64,000 bases of DNA from Chrysomallon squamiferum (taxonomy: Eukaryota; Animalia; Mollusca). The stretch covers positions 5,456,001 through 5,520,000 of the forward strand of contig CM022665.1 of the NCBI GenBank assembly GCA_012295275.1. Direction: 5' to 3'. The notes beneath the pieces were generated by a model. That model did not search any database. It saw nothing but the letters and a program-made list of their open reading frames with translations, and had not been told where the DNA came from. Both the position numbers and the translations under genes were made by a program. Shown piece after piece: positions 35,933-55,051 of the stretch. Each line of letters begins with the position of its first letter. Positions within the stretch are counted from its first letter, which is position 1.

Positions 35933-36850
35933 TACATACATACTTACAGACACACATACAAGCATACTATCACACAAACATACACACATACATACATCAA
36001 ATTTCACTATCATTTTAGCAGTATTTCGCAAAAGTTGTCAAAATGTAGTTTAGAACTTGGAAAAACACTGAAAATCTGTATGCAAATACGACAACAAAAC
36101 TTACACAGATTCATACGTACGCACGCACACACATATATATAAACATACAATCACACAAATATATACAAATATACATACGTACAGATAAACATACAAATAT
36201 ACTATCATAGATATATACATATATACATACACACATACATACATAAATCATTATACGATAACATACCTAAATATTAATATACAATTATACCATCATACGT
36301 ACTTACATAAATGCATACACACGTACAAACACACATAAATACATACATAGATAGATACATACATACATACACACATAGAGACAGACCGACATCTTTACAT
36401 CCATACATCAGTTTTAAGTGTTGGTTGTCTAACCAAATGACCAACATTTCCATTCTGTATAGAATTTCTGATACGAGCAGCAAAAAGTGTCAAACAATTA
36501 AAATGTTTATCTCTGTATATTACATCTGTCTATATCATGTTCATTATTGGTGTCAGTTCATCTCAAACATCTGGTCACTAGATGACGAGATTTCGTCACA
36601 ATAATTACAGAAATCAATATCATTTTATTATGTTTTTTTTTTCTCAAAAGCAAATGTTACACACTAAGAGTTAGGTGTTACGTGTATCTAGCATTACATC
36701 AGGTGACTGTGTGAATCAATTATTATTTGGATTATGTTATTAATCAATTTTGCTGAGTATTTAGCTCCGGACTGTATGTGTAATAAATTTCATTGACTAA
36801 ACCATAATGATAATTGCACAGATAGTTAGATAGATTGAATTTATTATTAC

Positions 36851-36913
<63 letters not shown>

Positions 36914-37772
36914 GCTGATCATGGTAGCAATAGTAGTAGTAACTATAGCGCAACTCTTGAATTTAATCTTACAAATACATGGTCAGTTACATATTTTATT
37001 TATTTCTAGTAAAAGTTCAAGGTTGTTGTTTTTTTCAAATGAAAACAATGGAAAAAAATGTAATAATGTTTCCTTACTCAGCTTAAACGAAAGATATTTT
37101 TCGTATTTTAATTTAATTTCATGTTCTTGATTTATTTCCATTTATTTTAATTTCATTTCTTGAGAGTATGATCTCTATATGCATTGTGCCACCTGTGTTC
37201 TATAGCCATCACAGATTTGGATGCCACTAAACAGAGCCTCTCAGGTATTTCCTCTCTATGTTTGTGAAATATCTGTCCTCTCCATTTCTTTTTGTCTCTC
37301 TCTTCCTTCTCTCTTTTTCTCTCTCTTCTTTCATACATACTCAAATCCTTTGTTTATTTATCTCATATATTTCATTTAGACTCATTTTGCTGTACATCGA
37401 ACACTAAATTAAACCTTTCATGTATAACAAATCATTTGTTTATGTATCTCATAAATTTCATTTAGATCCGGATTCTCATTTTGCTGAACTTAGAACAGTA
37501 AATTAAACCTACTGAATTTCGATTTTATCTTAAAAAACAAAAATGTACTTTGTATTTCTTAATCTGAATTATGTAAAAAAATAATAATTTATATATATAT
37601 ATATATATATTTTTTTTGTTTTGTTTCTCTTTATTTGTGGTTGATTTCTTTTTCTGTGTGTGTGTGTGTGTGTGTGTAATATCAGGAACAATATAAAAAA
37701 ATAAAAAAAAAAAAAAATATTGCAGGTAAACCTCTTTTCTCTTCTCAACTACCGGCAAAAATATTGTCTTAC

Positions 37773-37892
37773 TTTCTTTATCGAGAGTTTCCACTAAATC
37801 TTCAACTTCTCTTTCACTGAATAATTTTAAGAGATCCGACTCAGTCTGGAATCTATTTTCATTTTGATCTTCAGTTCTTTTCTTTCCCAATC
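37773..37892 (-). pseudogene. Orphan M-family exon 3 (duplicate of 14239-14358)
   Basis: 120 nt, open frame (G)LGKKRTEDQNENRFQTESDLLKLFSEREVEDLVETLDKE, splice sites intact, no partner exons nearby. Confidence 0.8.
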
Positions 37893-38467
37893 CTACAAGA
37901 CACAGTTCAGAGTGATAATATGTATTAATATAAACAATATCATACCAGTACTATTAAAAAATAATAAGTATTTGTCAAGGAACTATCATTATATTTGAGA
38001 GAAAAGAGACAAAGAATATGTATACATACATATGTACGAATGTACGTACAGAAAGAGATGCATATATAAGTATCATGTTCATTACACTTCATCCCAGACA
38101 TCTGGTCACTAGATTCTGAGATTTCGTCACAACTGTGACAGAAATCAATATCACTTTATTAGGTGTTTTCCTCAAAACTCTATATTACACAATAAGAGTT
38201 AGGGTGTTACGTGTATCTAGAATTACATCAGTGACTGTGTGAAACAATAATTATTTGTATTATGTTAATAATCAATTTTGATGTTTATGTAGCTCCAGGA
38301 TTTGCATCCGAAATTTTGTTTAGGGACATTCTATGTTTAATAAATTTCATAGACTAAACCATAGTGATATGAGTATAGATAAAAGATAGAATCAACGATA
38401 AAATGATGTATTTTTTATTTTAATTTAGTTATTTTTATTTTTATTTTTATTTTTATTATTATTATTA

Positions 38468-38560
<93 letters not shown>

Positions 38561-39131
38561 TTATTAAATATTCTTCTGCAACTTTATAGACAGAGGTGCT
38601 GAAGGGAAATGTTTTCTTCTTCTTCTGTTTCTTCCGGTAAATTGTGTTGGGTACAACTAGTATCTTTTAAAAATGGCCAGCATCGTTATAGACAATGGCA
38701 CAAAAATATATCATTAAACTAAATCTATGCGTTTCTAGTGGTATCATTTACTGATTTCATTTGTTTTCTCTTGATCAGTGTGAAGACTGATTTGAGTTAG
38801 AATACATTAACAGTCAGAAAAATGAACTGCAAACGCAATTACAGTCAATCTGTTTTCTTTCTCAACAGTACTTATCTTTATTTTTCTAATAGTCCGGAAC
38901 ATATCCTGATCTCCATTTATTTTTAAAATTATTATTCTTATTTTTTCTTTTCTTTTCTATTGTAAAAACATTTTGTTATTGTATATATCAAAATCCTGAT
39001 GAGTTTTAAGCTTTTACATGTATTAAAATTGCAAATAAAATTTAAAATTACAAGATGGCTTCTATCTCCATGAAACAAACATTTTGAAGAAGCGGCTGAC
39101 TGATACCTTAAATCAAATAATTCTCTTTGAT

Positions 39132-40126
39132 TTACTTGCCAAATTCTCTCTCTCTCGGACTCTCAAGCGAGTTAGTATAGTAAGGTTCCACAGAAGCCAT
39201 ATACGAAAGTAAAACTGCACAACAATCTGAACGTTTTAGCAAACATGAAGCTGTACAAATAAAAATGTTGACGCTTTGTGCTGCTCGACAACAACCTTCC
39301 TGCAGCATTTGTGCTTTCATTAACTTTTAGTGTCCACTGTAAACTGCTAAACTGATCCAACTCACACTGCAACTCTTTCACTTAAGACAAGACAAAGACT
39401 CGTCGCCTTTAACTGCACATTTAGTGACAACCTTTACTACAGGATTAATACTTGTACACATCTCCATAAAAACAGTAACCTTCAATGTGTCTTGGTTTGT
39501 CTAGGATTACCAGTTACACTTTATCCTACCAAGAAATCGTTATCATATATTGCAACAGTAAAGCTTGCAGTTTACTTTGAAAAAGTTACCATGTCAATGA
39601 CAGTGACAATATGACAAGATTATCTAAAGCATGATGGTATAATAGAGTACTAAACTGATAACAGTTAACACAGCAAATCACATCAAAGTTAAATAAACAG
39701 AACAGTAAAAGTAGTGTTACCTATGTCCATGTTACTATACAGTCGTTCAGTGAAGAAGGATTCTTCCTGTGATTCCAACACATTTATCCACAAGTCTCCG
39801 AGCTCAGACTATTTATGCCAAAAACCTGGCGACCATGCATATTGCTTGGATAAAGTCAAGCACTTCGAATACCCGGTAACAACCTAGTCAACAACATTAA
39901 CTGTTCCAGTGAAATTCTCTATTGCCAGGCGTCACATAATAAAATTGGTCACAACAACAATCACGTATGTCAAATAGTTCTCTTTATGTATTAATTTCTT
40001 TAAGCGCTGGCCAAAACAAGAGATGAAACGGCTTTGGTCTTTCACCATCAGTGTTTTTAATTTCTCAAAAAAAAAACGTAATTTATCTAGAACACTCAAA
40101 TAAATAATAAAAACCACTTCTAACAT
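39132..40126 (-). pseudogene. Possible decayed GPCR-like relic (copy 3)
   Basis: Paralog of 15584-16578; LLSYMASVEPYYTNSLESPREREFGK loosely resembles NPxxY plus helix 8. Confidence 0.25.
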
Positions 40127-40414
40127 GTTACGGTCAATATTAATATGCTTCGGCTTTTAATGGCTTTCTCACCAATTTTTATTTATCGTTGTTTCAATAC
40201 AGATTTGCCTCAAAATAATTTCAGTCGCAAGCCTCAGAGTTAAAAAAGTGCTTTAAAAAAAGGGAAAATAAAATAAAAATAAAATCACCTTGTAAAAAAT
40301 AATAAATAAATAAAAATAGTAATAATAATAATAATAATAATAATGATAATAATAATAATAATAATAAATTAAAAAAACTTAATCAGCTTTCAGTCAACAG
40401 ATGTTCATACCATA

Positions 40415-40528
40415 CCCGGACTTAACAGTTCGAAGGAGAACTGAATTTGTTTTTTTGTCACAATCTCGACACCTTTCTGGTATAAATACACCTTTATGAA
40501 ATAGCAAAAAGCAAAATACAGCATCAAG
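40415..40528 (+). promoter_or_regulatory. P3 core promoter and non-coding exon 1
   Basis: cccggacttaacag 40415-40428, TATAAATA 40481-40488, donor at 40528. Confidence 0.8.
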
Positions 40529-40918
40529 GTAAGATTACGTTTCATTATTATAATTCTGATTATTCGTATTAGTATTAGGGGTAGTAGTATAAATAGTAGC
40601 AGTAGTGGTAGTAGTAGTAGGAGTATTTTTATTTATCCATTGATAAAGATTTTAGGCCATAATTTTTGTTCTGTTTCAAAGCCGAAGGCTTCTCAGTTTA
40701 TGTTTTTAAATATTTTAAACGATTTCTAAAGATTAGAACAGTCAGCATTATACTTCTAAAAGAGAAATATATTAAAATCCAATAAACGAATATTATGTGT
40801 CCTGATCTGTATGATAAGAAATGATTAAGTATTTGCGATAGTAATTTTTTAATGGATTTCGTTATCATCTAGCTTCAGAATTTTTACTATTTAGAACATT
40901 GGTTTGTGTTTTTAACAG

Positions 40919-45159
<4,241 letters not shown>

Positions 45160-45364
45160 CCTCCTCGATGTAAGTATATTTGATAAGTGAACCTACATTA
45201 TTAAAACAGTTAATTTCATATCTATATTTAACAATGCATGTAACAACCAGCTTCTAGCTTCCATGACTTACATATAGTATACACGTGTGTAAATAATCAG
45301 ACTTAAAAAATACATAATACACTGTCAGAAAATATGCAGTGATCTTTTATTTTTTAGATGACAC

Positions 45365-45411
<47 letters not shown>

Positions 45412-45530
45412 GTTGCTGTGTTGCTGTTGATGACATCAGGTGTAGCAATAGTAGTAGTAGTAGTAGTAATCCTACATTTTTCATTTTTTAATCTGAATAA
45501 TATAATTGTATTTATTTGTTTGTTTTTCAG

Positions 45531-45612
45531 ATGTAAACGGACTGAAAAACAATGGACGAACCTGACAGTGTTTCCTCACTCACTTTAAAATAAAGAGATT
45601 TGCACAAATCAT
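45531..45612 (+). terminator. P3 terminal 3' UTR exon with AATAAA
   Basis: Acceptor at 45530, AATAAA 45589-45594. Confidence 0.75.
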
Positions 45613-46619
45613 TATTATATATTGTTTCTTTGTTGTAATTTCATAATAGTTTAACCATGCATTTTATGACTGGTTATATATTCTGCTTCATATCGTCTGT
45701 TAGTACAAATCGTTAATTACGAATATGAAATCTTTGCAACACTTCACGCTCTCTCTCTCTCTCTCTCTCTTTCTTTCTCTCTGTCTCTCTGTCTCTCTGT
45801 CTCACTCTCACACACACACACACACACTCATACACACACACACAGACACAAACACACACAGACATTGCCAGTTGACTGCAAGGACAATATTTATACAAAT
45901 TGGGTGCAGGAATACACTATACGCACACTCATACATACTTTCCTCTACTCAACTGTCAAAGAAATCAAATCACCAAATCTTAACATTTTAACTACGTTAT
46001 AGTCACTGAAGAAATTAATGTTATTTTCCAGAAATCTTTTGTACGATGACAAATCAACTGAATAAATTGACTGGAATAACAGCAACTTCAGAAAGCATTA
46101 CGATAAAAAACGTATGCTTGAAAATAATGTATTTTAAATCCATTAAAGGCCTTTACCTTGTGTCGTTTCATTCTAATTGTTTTAAAGAGATACATACATA
46201 CGTACACACATACATATATACGTACACACATACATACATACATACATACATACATACATACATACATACATACATACATACATACATACATACATACATA
46301 CATACATACATACACACATAGAGATAGAAACACAGACAGACAGACACAGACAGGCCGACATCTGTACATCCATACATCAGTTTTAAATGTTGGTTGTCTA
46401 ACCAAATGACCAACATTTCATTCCGTATAGCATTTCTGATACGAGCAGCAAAAAGTGTCAAATAATTATAATGTTTATCTGTGTATATTACATCTGTCTA
46501 TAGTATGTTCATTATTGGTGTCAGTTCATCATAGACGATAAATGCTGAGATTTCGTGACAACAGTTTCAAAAATCAGTATCATTTTATGGTATAATATTA
46601 TGGTAGAGAGATAGATTGA

Positions 46620-46689
<70 letters not shown>

Positions 46690-48031
46690 GTGATGGTTGT
46701 GGTTGTAGTAATGGCAGTAGTAACTATAGCATAACTTTCTTTCTATAGACATTATCTAATTTTCATCTACCAATAAACTCATGCGCACACGCACACACAA
46801 ACGCTCGCATTCACACACACATACACAGATACATAAAACCTGATGGTACTGTGTGATAGGAATTTTAGAGAATTAAGAATGACGACAACAAAAGCATTAA
46901 GGGAATAACGTACACTTTAAAATAATGCATCATATGTGGACATCATATGTGGACTTTTTAATTCTAATTTTATCAAAGGCAGGACTGAACCAAAACAATT
47001 TATAAATCCTTGTTGTGAACAGATCAGTCACTGATTATGATTCATAATTTCCTTGTAATGGAAATTTACCAATGATTTCAAAATTGATTAGTAAAAGTAA
47101 AATACTGTATAGAAAGTGTTTAACAACTGTGAAGGTAAATGTTTTAAAAATATAAAATGACTAAAAAATACGCAAAACAATTCATAATAACAATTCGTTT
47201 TGTTTTTTGTTTTTTGTTTATTATTTATTTATTTATTTATTTTATTTTGTTATTTGTTTTATTATTTATTAATCCTCTTTGTTTTTCATCTTAGTAAGTA
47301 AATATCAGAATCTACAAAAGTAATGAATTATAATTATTATAAAACGTTTTTATTTTGTTTAACATAAATAATTTTCAATGGATTACAAAAACAAATAAAT
47401 GAAGGTTAGACTAAATACGTATACTCATTAAGACACATACATGCATACATACATACATATGCAAACATTCATATGCAAGCATATACGTATACTAACACAA
47501 ACAAACAAACAAACATACCTACACACACACATACATATATACATACATACATACATACACACATACATACATAATCTAAGAATAAGAGGTGGAGAGAGAC
47601 AGAGGTAATTAAGAAATTTAAACATTTTCAAATAATTGTCTGAAACAAAATATAACGTCAACGTCAAAACTTGTGACATGTATCTCGACTTATTATCCGA
47701 GTTAGAAGATGCTAAAATATATTACATGAGAGTTGTGTCCCTTTGCGTTTGTTTCACACTAACGTTTATGTCGGAAAATGGTAAAACAGATAAGAGTTGT
47801 GTCCCTTCGTATCTGTTTCGTATTCACAATTAAAAAAATATATATCATCTCTTTTTGTTTTCATTATTATTATTTTCTTCTTCTTTTTTCTTTTTGTTTT
47901 AATGGACAACTAAAACAATAATAATAAAACAAAATTTGTTGAACTGTTTCAATTTTATCGTGTTCATGACAATGATCGATTAAAGAAGATGTTTGTCCTG
48001 TGTTTCGAAACCAGAATAAATATTAATTTAC

Positions 48032-48531
48032 CTTCCATATTAATTATTGTCTTCTTCCTACAGAGGAATAAATTAATCATCTAAAAAGGAAAATAGAAAG
48101 AAAATATTGTGAAAGAATGAACTGTACATAACGCATCGTAATACATGAGTAGTAATAAAAACAAGAAAGCAAATAACAATAGAAATAATAACTATTGCAA
48201 TGAAACAGTAATTCTATGATGAATAAATAAATATTTTTAAATATTTTTTAAAATTCATTCTTATTTTTCTATTAACAATGTAATAAAATATTTGTTTTAT
48301 TATTAGGTACAGCTATCATCATGATAAAAGAAAGAAGAAGAAAAAATAAAAACAATAAAGAACAACAAAAACGATTTCTTTTCTCAACCACTTGTAAAAA
48401 TATTGTCTTACTTTCTTTATCGAGAGTTTCCAACAAACTTTGAACTTCTCTTTCACTGAAGAATTTTGAGAATTCCGACTCCATCTCGAATCTGTTTTCA
48501 TTTTGGTCATCAGCTGTTTTCTTTACGTGTG
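48032..48531 (-). pseudogene. M-family pseudogene (M3/M7 type) lacking exons 1-2
   Basis: Exon 3 48531-48412 (AHVKKTADDQNENRFEMESEFSKFFSEREVQSLLETLDKE); exon 4 48080-48032 with gaa>taa stop; deletion junction near 48600 joins intron 2 to upstream promoter DNA. Confidence 0.85.
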
Positions 48532-48968
48532 CTACGATGCACAATAGAATATCATATTATGAATTTCCATGAAAATATTGAACGTGTATCATTTAAAAGT
48601 TGTTAAATCCGGGTCATGACAAACCATCTGTTAGTGAAAAATTTGTTTTTGTTTTTTGTTTTTTGTTTTTTTCTTTCATTGCATTGGTTAGATCTTGTAT
48701 GGATTACTGATAATTTTCTGGAAGTGCAGAAGAAAAAAACTGATCAAACCAGGCATCGATTTTAATATTCAGTTATGGGCTGCGCAAGATTTTAGGTGTA
48801 TAGCTTACCAAAACTGGATTAATAATTACAGATTTAACAAAAACACCAGCTGGGATGGAAAAACACTCAAATAAAAATGATTTCTGATATTATCCTTCTA
48901 TTTGTAGATTCTGTTTTTGTTTTATTGTTCTTGTTGTTTCTTTAATTTTTCTTTTCTCGGTGTGGCGT

Positions 48969-49054
<86 letters not shown>

Positions 49055-49717
49055 CAACACACACACATTGCCAATTGACTGCAACGACAATATCTATACA
49101 GACTGGGTGCACGAGTCCTACCTCCTTACACGACACGCACACGCATACATACTTTCCTCTACTCAATTGTTAAAGAAATAAAATCACCAAATTTTAACAT
49201 TTTAACTACGTTATAGTCATTAATTTTATTTTCCAGAAGCTTTTGTATGATGATTAAATCAACTGAATTAATCGACTGGGATAACAGCAACTTTTGAAAG
49301 CATTAAGTGAGAAATGTATGCTTGAAAAAGAATGTATTTTATATCCATTAAAGGCCTTCAAATTGTGTCGTTTCACTCAAGTTGTTTTAAAGACAGAGGC
49401 ATTAGACCATTAACAAATCATGATATCACGAACTGCATGACAAGGCTACACATTGGTAACTGTACAGCAGCTAAGATGTATTCCTTTTTTCAAATACAAA
49501 AAGAAGACACGATGACACATAGGTCGCAGCCCAGAAACCCTATTTAGTTTACTTTAAAGAAGTTTTCAGTTATTTCACAGAAATCTATAGAAACAATTAT
49601 TTAATATATCATATGATTTCTCGGACTTTTTTGGAATAGACTATTTTCAAAAGTCCTATCTTCAGTTATATATATATATATATATATACACACAAAAACA
49701 TACAAGTACACACACAA

Positions 49718-49755
<38 letters not shown>

Positions 49756-50289
49756 ATATATATATAATATAATATAATTCCAAGAAATTCTTTTGATTCT
49801 AAAAAATATTTGCCAGCCTGTTTTCATATTTGATAGATCGCAGTTTATTTGGTTCAAGGTTAAGCACTGGTGGGTCGTAGGATCAGTCCTTCTTAGTGCA
49901 TCCAACTGATTATTTCCCATTCCAGCCAATACCACTTGTTTTTCAATTTATGTGTTATGTCCTTTCCTTTGTATATGAATATGCATATCTACATCAACAA
50001 AACACAAACTTCTAATGTGAAAAGTAATAGACCACAGTCTGGCATCGACAGATTTCTTACCTCTTTGTATGTTAAGTATAATGTTATTTAATTTTATTTT
50101 AAACTTTTTTTCAAAACTAATAATTATCTGTGTGTGAAATATAAATAAACTGACAAATTAACAAAGAATTATGCACCAGTATTCCTTTTTATTATTTTTA
50201 TTAATTTCAGTAGTAGTAGTAGTAGTTGTTGTTGTAGCAGTAGTAGTAGTTGTTGTAGCAGTAGTAGTAGAAGTGATGGTGTTGGCGGC

Positions 50290-50326
<37 letters not shown>

Positions 50327-50607
50327 CTAGCAGTATTTCTGTTTGGTTTTCATTATCATCTCACTGATTACAGACGTAGACCGCTGAATCTGCAAAAATT
50401 GAGAATTTTTATTATATTATTATAACATATTTTATTTCAGTCAGTGAATATTTAATACTTCACTTAAAGATGTGTTTGGTCACTTCGCATTTGTGTCGTT
50501 TTTACTTTAATTTTTTCATTTGTTTACACAGACCGTCATATAAACAAGAATATTTGATATCCAGAATAACAAATGTAAATTTACCTTGCTGACTGGTCGT
50601 TTTCTTC

Positions 50608-51283
50608 TTACTTAAGAGGAATAAATTCATCACCTAGAGAACAAAAGAAAAATAAACTTCAGTCAGATATTTACATCAACCTTAACAACAACACTGTGTG
50701 TGTCTGCCTGTGTGTGTGTGTGTCTGTAGCGTTACGTCCAAGAAAACAACGTAAACAATAAATACAAAAAAATAAATAAAACATTTCCAGTGAAACCTTT
50801 TTTCTTTTCTCAACTACTTGCAAAAATATTGTCTTACTTTCTTTATCGAGAGTTTCCATTAAATCTTGAACTTCTCTTTCACTGAAGAATTTTGAGAGAT
50901 CCGACTCGACCTCGAATCTGTTTTCATTTTGATCATCAGCTCTTTTCTTTCCGTATCCTACAACACACAGTACAAAGTGGTAAGAACTATTAACATAAAC
51001 AGTATCAAACCAGTACTGTTTAAAATGTAATAAGTATTTCTCAAGACAGTATCATTTAATTTGAAACAAAAGGAATAAACGTAATAAATAAAGAACCTGT
51101 TCGAGGAAATCCAATTGGTCCAGGACGAGGAAATCCAATTGGTCCAGGACGAGGAAATCCAATTGGTCCAGGACGAGGAAATCCAATTGGTCCAGGACGA
51201 GGCCAATGATGTTGATGCCAAAAAGCTGAGGAGTCTTCGACGGCCAGAAAACAAAGTAAGGCAAAAATAATCACTAGTTTCAT
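50608..51283 (-). CDS. M5: secreted Pro-rich amidated peptide precursor with 4x PRPGPIGF (110 aa)
   Basis: Exons 51283-51097, 50957-50838, 50633-50608(stop). Protein MKLVIIFALLCFLAVEDSSA-FWHQHHW(PRPGPIGF)4PRTGY-GKKR-ADDQNENRFEVESDLSKFFSEREVQDLMETLDKESDEFIPLK*. Confidence 0.9.
51102..51202. repeat. Perfect coding 24-bp tandem repeat x4
   Basis: cgaggaaatccaattggtccagga repeated four times plus cgagg. Confidence 0.97.
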
Positions 51284-51522
51284 CTGTAAGTAAAAAGAAA
51301 AGGAATTTTATTTTATTTATTTAACTGTATTATTTTCTGCGACAGAGAGACTAATAGACAGATACGCAAACAGAGAGAGAGACAAACAGACAGACAGATA
51401 GATAAATATGATGATATTAATAACCTTATGAGATTACAGTATTCCAAATCCTGGCGACTCCAAGCATTTAACAATTGTAATTAAATAAATAAATAAATAA
51501 TAATAATGAAAAATAAACTTAC

Positions 51523-51653
51523 CTTGATGTTCAAATGAAATGTATATTTTCAAATCTGTACTGTGTTATGTGTTTCTATATTTCATATTGATGTATTTAT
51601 ACACGAAAGGTGTCTCAAATTTCTGATTTGTTTCTCCAACTGTCAGGTCCGGG
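51523..51653 (-). promoter_or_regulatory. M5 core promoter and exon 1
   Basis: TATAAATA 51594-51601, cccggacctgacag 51640-51653, donor at 51523. Confidence 0.75.
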
Positions 51654-52369
51654 TTCTCACAAAACGTGTAGGTGAAGAATTAACTTTTATTTCTCCCTTT
51701 CTTTCTTTCTTTAGAACATCTGTTTCATTTAGCCAGTTTTAATGATCGTAGAAAAAAACAGAATTCATTTTGGTGAATATTAGATCCTTTTTTCAAGCTC
51801 TTACCAGGATTTTTAAAATTTCGTTATCATTTTAGCAATATTTCGCAGAAGTTGTTAAAAAGTAGTTTAGAACTTAGAAAAACACCAACTATCTATATTA
51901 ATATACGACAACAAAACTTACATAGATTCATACGTACGCACCTATATATATATACATACATATAGTTAGAATCATATATACATACATACATACGGAAGCA
52001 CATACAAAGTATACTATCACACAATTATACACAATTACATACATACAAATATACTATCATAGATATATACACACATACATACAAATATACATACATACAT
52101 ACATACATACATTCAATCAGTATATGCTAAGATACGTAAATATTAATATACAATCATACCATCATACACACATACACACACAGATACATTCATACACACT
52201 TACATACATACATACATACATTCAATCAGTATATGCTAACATACGTATATATTAATATACAATCATACCATCATACACACATACACACACAGATATATTC
52301 ATACACTTACATACATACATACAGACATATACATACATACATGCATACATACATACATACATACATACA

Positions 52370-52403
<34 letters not shown>

Positions 52404-53811
52404 CATATATACACACATGAAGTTAGAAAGACAGAAAGACAGACAACAGACAGACCAACATCTATATATGCATACACCAGTTTTAAATGTGTGTGGTCTA
52501 ACCAAATGACCAACATTTCCATTCCGTATAGAATTTCTGATACGAGCAGCAAAAAGTGTCAAACAATTATAATGTTTATCTCTGTATATTACATCTGTCG
52601 ATATCATGTTCGTTATTGGTGTCAGCACATCCCAGACATCTGGTCACAGGATGACGAGATTTCGTCACAATAATTACAGAAATCAATATCATTTTATTAC
52701 ATCGTTGTTTTTTTCTCAAAAGCAAATGTTACACACTAAGAGTTAGGTGTTACGTGTATCTAGCATTACATCAGGTGACTGTGTGAATCAATTATTATTT
52801 GGACCATGTTACTAATGAATTTTGCTGAGTATTTAGATCCGGTCTGTATGTGTACAGATAGAGAGATAGATTGAATTTATTATTATTATTATTCTTATTC
52901 TTATTATTATTATTGTTATTATTATTGTGATGGTGGTGGTGTTAATAATGGTAGAAGTAACTATAGCATAACTTGAATTTAATGTTACGAATGCATCGTC
53001 AGTTATTTTATTTCTTTCTCTAGAAATTATCTAATATTCATCTATTAGCAAAGTGATCAACACACACGCACACGCACAAACACACACCCACGCGCACACA
53101 CATATACACAGATATATAAAACCTGATAGTAATTTTAGTGAATCAAGAATGACGACAACAAAAGCATTAAGGGAATAACGTACACTTTAAAATAAGGCAT
53201 TTAAAATGCGGTCAGAGAACATCATATGTGGACTTTTTAATTCTAATTTCATCAAAGACTGGACTGAACCAAAACAAATTATAAATCCATGTTGTGGACA
53301 GATAAGTCACTGATTATGATTCATAATTTCCTTCTAATTTCCCACTTATTTCAGAATTGGTTAGTAAAAGTAAAATACTGTACAGAAAGTGTTTAACAAC
53401 TGTTTAACAACTGTGAAGGTAAATGCTTTAAAATATAAAATAACTAACAAATAAGCCAAAAAAAGTGCTACAACAATGTGGTTTGTTTTTTGTTTTTTGT
53501 TTATTTCTTTCTTTCTTCATTTTAATTTAAGTTTTTTATTTGTTTTATTAATCCTCTTTGTTTTTCATCTTAGTAAGTAAACATCAGAAACTGCAAAAGT
53601 AAAGAATTATAAATATAATTATTATAAAACGTTTCTATTTGATTTAACATAATTAATTCTTAATGGATTATAAAAAGAAAGAAATGAAGGTTAGACTAAA
53701 TACATATACACATTAACACACATACATTTATACATACATAGAACACACACATATACCGACATGTATGCATGCATACATACATACACACACATATACATAC
53801 ATACATACATA

Positions 53812-53897
<86 letters not shown>

Positions 53898-55051
53898 ATT
53901 ATGAAATTTAAGAATATTCATAAAGTTGTTTGATACAAAATATAACGTCAGCGTGAAAACATGTGACATGTATCTCAATTTTTTATCCGAGTTAGAAGAT
54001 GCTAAAATATATTACATATAGAGTTGTGTCCCTTTGCGTTTGCTTCACACTAACGATTTTGTCAGAAAAATGATAAAACAGATAAGAGTTGTGTCCCTTC
54101 GTATCTGTTTCGTATTCACAATTAAAAATATTTGCTGGCCTGTTTTCATATGTGATAGATAGATCGCAGTTTATTTGGTTCAATGTTAAGGACTGGTTGG
54201 TCGTAGGATCAGTCTTTCATAGTGCATCCAACTGATTATTTCCCATTCCAGCCAATACCACTTGTTTTTCAATTTATGAGCTATGTCCTTTCCTTTCTAT
54301 ATGAATATGCATATCTACATCAACAAAACACAAACTTCTAATGTGAAAAATAATAAACCACAGCTTGGCATCGACAGATTTCTTTTTTCTTTGTATGTTA
54401 GGTGTAATGTTATTTAATTTTATTTTAAACTGTTTTTCAAGAGAAATAATTATCTGTGTGTGAAATATCAATTAACTGACAAATAAACAAAGAATTATGC
54501 ACCAGTATTCCTTTTTATTATTTTTATTAATTTCAGTAGTAGTAGCAGTTGTTCTTGTAGTAGCAGTAGAGTAGTAGTAGTAGTAGTAGCAGTGGTAGTT
54601 GTACTAGTAATATATCTGTTTGATTTTCATTATCATCTCATTGATTACAGAAGTAGATCTGAGATTCTCTAAAAATTAAGAATTTTTAATATATTATTAT
54701 AAAATATTATAGTTCAGTCAATGAATATTTAATACTTCACATAAAGATGTGTTTGGTCACTTCGCATTTGTGTCGTTTTTACTTTAATTGTTTCATTTGT
54801 TTATTTTTACCTATTTTATTTATTATTAGTGGTAGTTGTATTTTTTATCGCCTGATAAAATGTTCCATGAAATGATGAACAAATAAGAATATAATTAAAA
54901 TTAAAAAAACCAACACAAAATAAAAATATAAATGAATATTCTGATTTGTATAAATGTTTACAGTCGCGTACACAGAGCGTCATATAAACAAGAATATTTG
55001 ATATCCAGAATAACAAATGTAAATTTACCTTGCTGACTGGTCGTTTTCTTC

